Origin: Tricharina praecox
Taxonomy: Eukaryota
Reading direction: 5' to 3'
Assembly: GCF_024521635.1 (NCBI RefSeq)
Contig: NW_026250413.1
Location: 930,001-994,000 of the forward strand
Length of the DNA stretch: 64,000 nt
Shown here: positions 26,539-37,672 of the stretch, one piece after another
Numbering within the stretch: position 1 is the first letter of the stretch
How the letters are laid out: every line of letters starts with the position of its first letter
The notes under the pieces: generated by a model
What the model was told of the DNA's origin: nothing
The model's database searches: none
Seen by the model: only the letters and a program-made list of their open reading frames with translations
Translations under genes and position numbers: made by a program

Positions 26539-29500
26539 ATCGTGTGCGCTAAAGAGAGTTGTCCGGCCGGTTCTGAACGAACTGGGGGAGGAATGAGGGG
26601 CACAGTAGAGCTTTTTTTTCGACGTGAGCGAGGCCGAGAGAGTCTGGGGGATTCATTGTTTTTGCGAACCTAATCGTGGAGTTGTGGCGGAGGATAAAGA
26701 GTTTAGGGCTGAATCCGACGATCCTCGGATCGTTCCGAACCGTCCAAGACAAGGTCCGTGTCCCGGCGGTACGGCGGGAGCGCCTATCGATAAGCTTAAT
26801 TAGGAGCCTCCACAGACAACCCCCAACAAGGCGTCCGAACGGACCACCACCAATATCACCAAGCACTCTCAAAGTCGTAAGTCCGCAAGCAAGCCAAGGC
26901 GCGAGCCTTGACGAATCAGCGTTGCCGTGGCCGTGGAAGGCAAAGCGGGAGTCAACATCGAGCTCTTCCGCCGACGATTGGCGCGGTCCGTGCGCATGGC
27001 CATGATGGGAAAGAGGAAACATGGAGTAATCCGCTATGCATCTCCGGCGGCCAGTCACCACACAGCTCGGACCGGCGTGTGTGCGGAGGTTAGCTTATCG
27101 TGCTAATTCTTTCGGTCGTGGGTAGTGTGGCAGGCTCATTTCGAATTCGGCCAGATAAGGCCCAGTTGATATTCCCGCTTTGAACGGTCTGCATGCGCAT
27201 GTCTGATATGTGTGTGCTTGCGTGGGTGGACGGGTGTGTGTTGGTTCCCTGGGTCTGCCACCCAAGGGGATCAAATCCGTGGGACGGTCGCCTCGATCCA
27301 TCAGATTTTGTCCTAGCCGATCCTCCCGCACTCCCATCCAGACTCTCGCACCACCCATCCCCCTCCCCCCCGTGGATAGCTACCCGGTGTAAGTTTTTTT
27401 TAGATTCCGCTAATCTGGTTCGCCCAGATTGCTCTCGTGGGATAGCTGCCGTGCGATGCCCCATACCCATACGCTGTACCGGTAGTTCGGTTTGGATCGT
27501 TGCGAAGAGGACATTCTGTTCGTTTGTCCGTCCCCGGTGGGGGTGATACCTATGGTGGGTGGGTAGGTGAGTGTGGTGGGCTGCAGCTAGAGTCGTAGGC
27601 TGGATGCAGACCGAACAGGGTCCGAGTGGGTACAGAACAAGGCCGCGTATGTTGGTGTGTGGGTGTGGGTGTGTGTTTGTGAGATGTCGATTTCACGTGG
27701 GGGTCGTGCTGCCTGCTGCATCCCGAAACATGGAAGCCGAGTTTCAGCCAAGTCGGCGTTCGTTCTGAGCTGTCCAGCAGCGGCCAGCAGCGGCCAGAGC
27801 GGCAGGGGCTATGTGCTCTGTTGTTGAGCTGAACAGCGGAGAGAACGAATGTTGAACCCCTTCAAAGTTTGGTCGACCTTTCCTGGTGAGATTTGCAGGC
27901 CCTGATTGCTTGCTCCACATTGCACTGCTGGCCTGACGGGATATGCATCCTTGATCCGTTGAGACGGCATGTTGGGATCCTACGAGTGAGCACAATAAAT
28001 CCTGCCTCGGGATGTTGGCCCCAGCGAGGACATCCACCCATTTGCCTCGGGAAGTTGGCTCCAGTGAGGACATTCACCTATCTGCCTCGAGATGCCTCGA
28101 GTGGCCGCGAGGAATAATCGATGTGGCTTTTCTCGGCGAGTATCCGGCGTAGGGTTAGGGTGTATGGACGTCAAACGCATTGAGGTAGGAGGTGAATTTT
28201 TTGTCGAAGCCCAAGCAGTGTCTGGCCGACGGATTCTGAGCCGCACTGGCGGGTGCGCTGACAGAAAACAGTTGTGTATGGCGACTGAAGGAAACTTATA
28301 TCCCTCTGCGGCAATCGTGGGCAATTTCTGCAAAGAGGCCCCTGCGGTGTAATTGTATGGGAGTCGCATGCAAGGTAACCCGTAGTGCCCTGCACAGATA
28401 GTGAAATCCGTCTCGGTGGTTCCGGAATGATTGCGTTGGTATCTTCCTGCAAGCGAACGAAGAGCAAGGTGACCGGAAAAGTTTGTTGCAAGGCTGAGAG
28501 GGAGGGGCGTCACCTCCCTTATATATCGACCACATATGCTCCCACTACGCACTTGTCATTCCACACCAGCAAGTGATACCGACGAGACACGGTTGACGGG
28601 AAAGGAGCCGAATGCTGTTCGTTAGCTTGAACCCAAAGGGAATTTTTTCTAGCGGTGAACGCAATAATATCCGGACAGCAAAAGTATCCAGATTTGCGGC
28701 TCCATTCCACACAGTGCCCTTCGCACCAGCAATCAGCGCCTATAGGTCTCCGCGGAAGGACCATTGGAGTCATGCCCCTTCGAACTGACTGCGGATCGTC
28801 CCGCCGAGGCCGTGTCGGAATTCTGCACCTGGTTGTACCCTTTACGAGGAGCATCGTGATATCAGCAGTGATGGACCGCAGTTGGGGACGTCATCGTGCT
28901 GCTGGCGATCGACATCGAAGCGGGAGGTGTATAAAGGGGTCCCTCTCCAGTGCAGATCCTACCGGCATGCATAAGCCTACGATAAAGTCAACCGTCACAT
29001 TCCCAACAGCGTGTCGTCGTACGATAGAGTCTGATGTATGCACGATCCGCTGGGGACATCTTACCAATGAGGCCAAGAGCCCAAGTGCACGCGACCCGTC
29101 TCCTGCGGAACCCGAACGGTGGGATCTCCCGATGAGCCGATGCTAATGATAGATGTCATTAAAGGTATTCCTCAATTGTGATCTGTTCCTGTCAATCGGG
29201 CGGCTCTCGAAGCCCCTGGAAGGACGATACGAGCGTTGCGGACTTTGGAAAAAGAAAAGAAAAGAAAGCTACCACCCACTACCTGCTGTCGCCGCCATCC
29301 GGCTCCGCCCTAATTGTTATGCCACCACACGATCGTCCCGAACCAGATTTCTCTTGGTCATATGCTTCGGAACAACCACGATCGATGGCCACCCAGACGG
29401 TTATAGCCTGGTCAACCTTCGCGGCAACTGTTCCCGTTACCGCTGCACCTTCCCCGGTTTCCCACTCGTCCACCGGTAACTAGATCCTGGCGCAAGATTG

Positions 29501-32139
29501 TCCCACGCTCCAAAATCCCCAACCTCCAGCATAGCACCGCATATCGCTTCGTCGTCACACCTTCATAGGTTGCCTCGGTGGCACCATCTCCCGTCACATA
29601 TCAGAATGACAACGGTTTGGTATGTGCCATCTGCCCCCCGCTGGTCGATGGTCTGCTGAATTTGCTATGCCCCCCAAGCTTCGGCAGTGCCAACAATCTT
29701 CAATCCCAATGCCATGGATGCACATGTTGCCCAAACCAGGCTCTCGGAATTCCAACCAACGCACTCGACGACGAACACATTTCCCTCGGGCCAGACTGAT
29801 CCACACCCACCGCCAGCTTGTATGCGAATCAAGTTAAGGTTTGTAACCGGGTACCGTCATTTGTCGTTGCCGTGGATGTTGTGACGACGAACCAACAATT
29901 TCATCGTATTAGAGTCATAGAGACAGTGCTTCTTGTGGTACCTCGGGACCACCATACGCCCGGCTATATTTTGGTCTAAGAATTTCGGTTGGTCCCCGGT
30001 ATAGGAAATAAATCTATTTCCCGTTTTATTTTGCAGGCCGTTGTGTGGAGGCTCTTGGTGATGCAATGTTCTCTGACCGCCGAGCCGACCGGTGCAGTTG
30101 CAATTTCACCAACCTAGCCCCCCCCGTGGCGGATCGATACCGAGAATTCCACGGCTCCCAGTATGAATGCAGTGACTTCTCGTGCCGAGACAGTATGTAG
30201 CAACGTATGTATCTCCCGGTGTAACTCCGAAGAGCAGCCATGATTTTCAGGAACCCATCTACTTGCATGTCAGCGATAGCTAGCCTGAGTGACACGTATG
30301 TAGTATCATCCTGATCCGTTTTTTTTTCTTTCCGTGCAAAGATCCAGATCATTATCTCCAGGCGGGCATCAACCCTTAGAGTACGATGGTCAGAGTCCAT
30401 GACCCCAAAACATGCCAATTTGAAAGATAACTTGCTCGCATGGCTGAGCACAAATTTCGCCGCAGTGGGTGCTGATAGCCCTGGCAGGCAGAGACGGCCT
30501 CTCAACTACGAAAGTGATCGTCCGACGTCCTCGAGAATCAAGACCTAAGAGTTTTCAGAGTCGGACAAGAGGGAGTTCTGAGTTGATGGAAAAGTGATAA
30601 TTATTTGCTAGTTAGGTAGGGAAAGTAGGTATTATAGACGAACCTGACGAGAACGTCAAGCTCTCTGAGTCCGTCGTCGTAGATCCTGGATCCAAGCAGG
30701 ACCGGTCATCGAAGGAACCCACGCATCTCTCCTCGAACTGTCGAACACCAGAAGTACCGTTGGATGCGAGGGGGGGGGAGACGCCCGCTTCACCCGCGGG
30801 GACGTATGTGGCGTCTGCGGGATCGATTCTTCGCAGCGCGTAGGATTCAAACGGAATCGTTCCCTTTCTCTAGGGCGGGTGGGGGAGGGGGGAGTGTATG
30901 TGTGGTGTGCTGGCACGGGAGACGATGGCCGGTCGAGGTTGGAGGGTAAGAGAGCAAAGCGCACAGATAGCGCATTGTCGGACAGCTGATGGCCGCTTAC
31001 CGAGAACCCCGCCAATCGTACCCCCGCTGCGTGGGTAAGCGTGTAACGCGGCTGGCTGCAGACGCGGGGCGGGCACGGGAACTCACTCGTCGTGGGCGAT
31101 CCCAAGGAGTTGTTCGTGAGGCGGAGAGTGGTGAAGTGAGGATAAGGCTGGGTTGAGATGAGTGGATTGAGGAACTTTATTTGAAGTACGTACCTTATAG
31201 GGGCGTTGGTGGTTGGCCGACCCCCCCGGCTCCAACGGGCTGTATCGGGTATCGGGCTGATTAACAACTCCGGCTACAGCACCGGGGGTTTTGATACGGT
31301 CAAAACCCGGCCCGATCGCGCTCGCCGCATCGCGCAACGTACTGTCCAGCCCTGATCGATTTGAAAGGCTATGGAACGCCGATTAGCAGACCCAAAAGAC
31401 CAGGGAGTGCTTCAGGATTAGTATTCAGAACAGCCTGCTCGCTGAGTCCCTAGGGTACAAGGAATGCGGCAAGCGGCACTTAAGTGAATGCGAGTCTGCA
31501 TGTAAACTGGCTATCAGCACAAAGTGCGGCTCATTCATTTTCACTGGTACCATTCAGTCTTCTACTCGTAAGTCGGCCTTTTTTTCTCATAGCGTACAAG
31601 TTGCAATGTTTTCTTTAGGCGAAGCCGTGTCAGTAGGCGTTTGGTAGTAACTGGATTCTCGCCTCCACAGCCGGCAGCGTAAGGTGTGTCACGTGAACTT
31701 ACCGAGTGATATCTAACTAATGCTCCCTCCGTCACGCCAAAAACAAAAAACAAAAACCGTCACCACATCCGGCGGGTGACTTGGAAGCCCCAAGAGCTGA
31801 ATACAAAGGTCTTTTATCTGGGTTGAAGCCGGAACTTTCCCTCAACTGCCTTCGCTATTTGCATGGCCTAGACCACTAGACCACGCGGGTTTTTTCCGTG
31901 CTGGAAACATGAATTCGATGCTTATAAAGTGGTGGGAAGTGCAGGCGATAGCTCAGCCCGGTCAATGCCAGTCCGCAGCCCGGAGCGAGACAGCCCAGCG
32001 TTGAGGAGCCCGGGCCGGTGGGCCCAAGCGGGCGAGTTCCAATGATTCGCTTCACTGCTAGTATCGTTGAGGGTGATCCAGCATGGCCACCTCCTGTATC
32101 CCAACAACAACCGCAACAATCACCTCCCGTAACAGGATC

Positions 32140-32525
32140 ACCTCAGCGCCAATCTCGAAGACTAAGATCACTGAGGCCTGACGTTCTCCTCGTTGTTGGG
32201 GTGATGGCAGATTTCTACCTCACCGTAGTGACAGGCTTAATACATACGAGCAGTCTTTCGGTGCTGATCACGTTGCCGCGAATGGTGTCCGGACAAGAGC
32301 CCAGGCCCCAATCTACCCACCGAACGGATGGTAGGGGGTGGATCGCTTTCCACTTGAAGCTTCAGCCTGACCAAGGGATGGCAAGACGCCCGGAGCCGGC
32401 ATTCCTTCCGGAGAAGTGGGATGACCCCAATCCCACCTCCCACGAGCATGGCGAATCGAGTGATACGTCGTGGGTGTGATATACCCCTCCACGGATTGTC
32501 CGCCGCGCAACCTGCCAGAAGTGCA
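32140..32525 (+). pseudogene. Frameshifted C-terminal relic of a cytochrome P450, CYP56/Dit2-like
   Basis: Ordered degenerate motifs across frames: YLTVV..SSLSVLIT (cf. YLTAVI.E.LRLYPPLSQLIN), LPTERMVG/WIAF (cf. IPAGTYVGWNAY), FLPEKW (PERW motif), RRGCDIPLHG then RRATCQK (cf. F..FHGGRRACLGQKF heme motif). ExxR is lost and there are several frameshifts. Confidence 0.45.
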
Positions 32526-33771
32526 AGGAAACAAAGACAATAACCCCACTGTAAAAATACTGGCCCGATTTTACGGGAATGCGGAGGGTAGTTATAGGGG
32601 ACTAAAGAGGACGAGAGTTGGTTTGCAGCCTTGACTCACTCGACCCACGTTGAGCGCAATATGTGTGCACCATCAGAATGGAAAATTTTCTAAGGAAAGA
32701 ACTGACAACAATCCCTATGACTGCGTTCTCAACCATCCACAGCCACCCTCCTCCTCCTCCCCCCCAGCACAAAATCAAATTCCCACCAGAATAACCGTCA
32801 ACATCGGCTCCATCAGCAGCATATTGGCCCCCCGCCCACGAAATCGCGTAGCTCTGCATTCATCGTCGCCAGCAGCACGATAAACTTGGCCCTTCTCGTC
32901 ACCTCCTCGCTGCCGGGACACTCGTGAATTTAAGTTTGCAAGTGCACATTCACTCTACGGTAATGGTCAATGGGTCTTTCAAGCGGGCATTCTATCACCC
33001 AAACACCCACCATGTAACAATGGCCAGATAATCCCTCTTTGTTCATGGTCAATAGGTCTTTGCAGCGGCCATTGCCACTTCTACTCTTCAGTGGTTAAAT
33101 ACCTATTCTCCCTGGCCGCACCGACTGGCCCCTCGACTGGCAATTGTTCAAGCACCTATTCTGGTTCGCTATTATGCTCCTATCGGACAATCATACATCT
33201 TAGCAACTCAACGCATCGGTCCTTTGGGCGGGTTAGCCTCCCCGTTGCCTTGGATGGAGTGCGTCGCCGCTAGCGGCTGCGCACGAAACTTGGAAATTAA
33301 GACATAGCTCGTCACCTCAACCCCAGATCTTCATTCCACTCCTAGATTCTCGGCACTATGTACTCGGAGTACTCTATGTACATAGGCGAGTTAGACGCGC
33401 GCATATATCCTACCAAGGATGATCTAAAGCTTTCTTTGGGTGGTGTCTACTGTCGTAAAAAAAAGTCGAGTGTGATATCATGATCAAGCGAACGACTTGA
33501 CGTGTGGTTCACCGTCGGTTTCGGCCTGGTGCTTCTGGATCAATTCGGACAGACTTCTAATATGCTATCATTCTCGTGCTTGGAAACCACAAAGGTGTCA
33601 GGATCCAGTTGCCGACATCTTCTCAGCAGCCAAAGCCGAGATCCTCAATTCCTCATGACGCTAACGCCAAGCCCCGCGTAGCTCCCTAGGTATATCTAGA
33701 GTGGTAGCTGGAGCTAAGTCAACACTTCGGTATGCGAATTCCCAGCACCTCCGAACCACACCGCCACCACG

Positions 33772-34989
33772 ATGATACCAAACTCCACCCTCCTACCGGC
33801 ACTCACCAGCACCTTTCAGGATCTCCTGGCGAATCCGCCACCCGCAATCCCTTCTCCCGTCACAGTCCCAAAGCGAGCTTCAGTAGCTCTCGTCCTCCGA
33901 GTGCGCACCGCTCCGTCCCTCACCTTTAGTTACCACAGCGCATCCATTCATTGACGACCGCATGTACTCTAGGTGCAACCGAATCCAGCACACCTGCCCG
34001 CGCCCACCGCGGGCACTCCGGCGAGCATAGAAGAGTTTTTCCAGCAGGAGTGGGTGAGTCATGGCGAGGTTGAGCTATTGTTTATCAAGCGCGCCGCGCG
34101 GAAGGGGGATCGGTGGACCAGCCACGTGGCGTTTCCGGGTGGGAAGCGGGATCCGGAGGATGGCGGGGACCGCGAGGCGGCAGAGAGAGAGACGCTGGAG
34201 GAGGTGGGCCTGGATCTGAGCACGGAGCCCAACTTGTATTCCGGACATCTGCCGGATAGGATTATCACCACCAGCTGGGGAACGACACCGTAGGGCTCCC
34301 CCGCCGCGCAAATGACCGATCGTGCTAACGGCGACGACAGACTGATGGTCCTCTGTCCATTCATGTTCCTCCTGCTCTCGCCCACACCGCCGGCGCTGTC
34401 GCTGCAGCCGACCGAAGTAGCATCGATCCACTGGGTGCCACTGCGCACGCTGCTCTCGCCAGATTTCCGCACGTTCGAAACAACCGACGTATCCGACCGG
34501 CTCGCGCGCCAATTCACCGGGTTCCACGGCCGCATAATCCGCTACGGTCTGCGGCTCTCACTCGGCCACATGTTCTTTGCCGCGATCGAATTGCAGCCTA
34601 CCACTAGCGTCTTTTCGCCGTTCGGGAACGACTTCCTGGGCGAGCGCGAAAGGCTCGTGGTCTGGGGCCTCACCCTGGGTGTCCTGGCGGACTTCCTGGA
34701 TATGCTGCCACCTGCGGGCGGCACGTTGGATATGTGGGTGTGGCCCACGCTCACGGCGCCGGATGTGCAGTTGGTTGCAAAGGTGATGACGTCAGGCTTG
34801 AGGAAGAGGAATTTGGAGGCGGCGAGGGAAGCAGTGGCGAGCGGGAGAAACGACAGAGGGAGTACTGTTCATATGCTGTTGGAGGGCTACCTGATTGAAG
34901 TCAGGAAGGCGGTGTGGATTACCATCGCGGCGAGAGCGGCGGTAGGGACGGCGGTTATTGGCACCGTCTTGGCGAGGTGGCTCAAGTGA
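33772..34989 (+). CDS. Nudix hydrolase (CoA-diphosphatase-like subfamily); join(33772..33900,33973..34289,34341..34989), 364 aa
   Basis: KRASVALVLR, LLFIKRA..GDRWTSHVAFPGGKRD and the Nudix box GGKRDPEDGGDREAAERETLEEVGL, plus LQPTEVAS.HWVPL and VWGLTLG. Two GT-AG introns keep frame. Confidence 0.88.
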
Positions 34990-35250
34990 GCTGAGTGAGC
35001 GGTAGATGCCCGTAGATATAGCGATTAACATAGACATAGATTAGACAGAGTAGATATCATGGAGAATGATGTAAGTAGGATACACATATCATCATCTCAC
35101 CCACCCCGATCACATGACACTAACCAGCCCTACCGCCCGTAGGATCCGTAGGATCCCTACCACCGCGGCTCAAAATTTCCCCCCGCGTACCACCACCACT
35201 TACCTCCCCCACCACCACCACCACTACCACCACCACCCCGATACGACACC

Positions 35251-35671
35251 ATGATCACCCGCTACCTCACATCGGCCACAATCTCGTTCAACCCGTTCGT
35301 GCGCGGCGGCCGGACGGCACGGATCTTCGCCTCGCTGCTGCCACCGGATGCGCGCGCTACCGGCGTGAAGGTCACCACCACCGTGCTACCGCGGGACAGC
35401 AAAGTCGGTGGAAGGGTTGACGTTGTGTTCAGTGAGTGCTCTTAGATACGGGGGGGGGGGGTGGGGGGCGTGACGGGGCGGGAGAAAGGGAGAACGAGTG
35501 ACGGACGGGGGGAAGATATCGCGAGGAGAATGGGACTAATGCGGGTGACGGCGCATAGAGGACGGGAAGGAAGTGAAGCTCGATACCACCAAGATGACGA
35601 TTGCGGACGTGGTCGAGCAGATGGATCGCCATTCGAGAGGACTGGCAAGGCAGGACGAGCTTTCCGGTTAA
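35251..35671 (+). CDS. MRPL44: Mitochondrial large-subunit ribosomal protein L44 (mL53); join(35251..35431,35559..35671), 97 aa
   Basis: MITRYLTSATISFNPF...ARIF...VVF|KDGKEVKLD...IADVVEQMDRHSRGLARQDEL is the typical fungal MRPL44 pattern. Intron is GTGAGT..CTAAT..TAG. Confidence 0.9.
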
Positions 35672-35988
35672 ACCGGTGGTGGAAGATCGATGCCACGGGG
35701 AGTGGAGGGTGTATACTACTTGTACAAACATTGCAGGGCTCGGTCATTGTATCCTACTCGAAGGAGCAGACGGAGGACCAGCGAGAACCCTATGATACTC
35801 AATCAGACACCAGACGCAGTCGGTAGACCGCATGCATAACATACACACAAACTCAACGCATCCCATCCCATGGTCATCCAGCATCTAGCCCGAACTCCAA
35901 CTCCACGCAAAAACAAAAGCACACATTTAGTGAAACCTCTCCTATATGATGTCCCCGCACTCATTTTCTCCAAAAACCCACATCCTTT

Positions 35989-37672
35989 TCACTCTTTGAT
36001 GGTAGAACTCGACTCAATGAATCCATTACCGTGACTTACACTGGTGTGTTTGATGTGGTGACCTCCGCCGCCAGTGCTGTGGTCAGAGCTCAATGGCAGG
36101 AGTGGCTCTTCGTGTTTCAGCTGCGAGGCTCTCAGCGCCTTCTCCTTACGCGTAGTATCACCAGCGCGGTCGTAGAGGTATAATCCGAGGAAGCTATCCT
36201 CCTGTCAGCCAACATTCTTCCGCAACCGAGGGGAGAAAGAAGACGTACGTAAGCGCAATCCCGCACGCTTGTAAACCCGTCGTCGGATTCCCGAACCAAG
36301 CAATAGCCATCAAGATGACGAAAATCCGCTTGATGAGCGAAGCAACCGAGTACGTAACCGGCGACACCAAGCTCAGCAGTACAAACGCAATGATGTTCTG
36401 ACCAAAATGCACGGTTCCGTTGAATACGAACTCGGCGACTAGCTCCCAGCCCGTGAGAGCCGGCTGGCCATGCTTCCCCGGCTTATCCGTGAGCACGAGG
36501 CCACCGGTGTTGTGATACTGGCTCATGAGTGTCCCTCCTTCGATGTAGAGCCACGGCAGAAAGGTGAGCAGAAACGCCTGCCCGCTGGAGTAGCAAAGGA
36601 GGTTAAGTTTATCCAGCTTCCTACGGTGGATCGGAACCATCGTTTCCGAGGCGAGCGAAGACTCGTTGAACAGCTTCTTGGAGAAGATGTTTTGCGTGAC
36701 GAAGACGATGGCACCGAAGAAGGCATTGAAAACGCCGAGAAAGTTGCCACGGAACTCGACCGAGCAGGCGAGCATTACGCCGAGGGTCAGCGGGACGAGG
36801 GAGAGGTAGGTTGCGGTGCTGTATTGGATGTTGAAGATGAAGCGGTAGGCGGCAACAGTGAAGAGCGGCGACATGCCCTGGATCAATCGCACCCTGTCAA
36901 CTCATCGTCCGGGAAGGAGGGAGCGGGAGGAAGATGAGATGGACCTTGATCGTATGGACCAGCGACACGGGAATCTTATTCGTCGCCATGGAGCTCGCGA
37001 TATGACCCATGACCTGGAAAACCGCGAGTGGCGCCGTGGTATAGATGACATGTCTGCTTGGATACCTCAAACCGCCCTGCAGTCCTGGTATGGCTCTTCC
37101 GACGAGGGGCACGTAGCGCGCAATGATCGCCAACAGGATACACCACGACGACACGAAGCCGAATTGAACGATGGTGAGCGTGACCGGTCTCGGCAGCGCA
37201 TTCAGTATGCTCTTTGAGGAGGTATTCGATAGTGCCGACACGAGATACCTGCATTCTCGGGACGTCAGCTTCCAACACCACCTTTGGTTTCATCTTCAAT
37301 CACGATCGGGAACGGTACCAAGTCATGCACAGAACCTGCACCCATCAGCTCTGATCCCCCTTCTCACCCTCCCCCCTTCGTCAGTCTCCCGGAAGAACTC
37401 ACAACAAGCCTGTAACTGATCGGTGCCTTCAGTGTCTCCACCACTTCAGTCGCGGTAACACTGTGCGCGCGCCGTCTCCCTCTCTCGATAGCATCGCTGA
37501 TGCTCATGCTCCTAGTGCGCCCATGACCGCCAACCATTCTTGTGCGCGTGGTGTGTTCTAAATTTTGTAGCGACGAAGCGGGTGTGTAGCTGCAGTAGGC
37601 CTCGTAGTAGTGGTGGTGGTGGTGTTGAGCTGACGATGGTGATGATGATGATGGCGGCGGCCGAATCGACAT
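35989..37672 (-). CDS. SLY41: Triose-phosphate/nucleotide-sugar transporter family protein, Sly41-like; complement(join(35989..36193,36249..36877,36945..37248,37319..37335,37403..37672)), 474 aa
   Basis: LKAPISYRLV|VLCMTW|YLVSALSNTSSKSILN, PVTLTIVQF, IPVSLVHTIK|GMSPLFTV, FVTQNIFSKKLF, KLDKLNLLCYSS, HFGQNIIAFVLLSLVSPVTYSVASLIKRIFVI. All four introns keep frame. The extreme 3' end could contain one more intron. Confidence 0.82.

Noticed and set aside
29400-30505. Complex non-repetitive sequence with short ORFs, possible decayed gene or transposon
   Set aside because: No motif I can assign; needs a frameshift-aware search.
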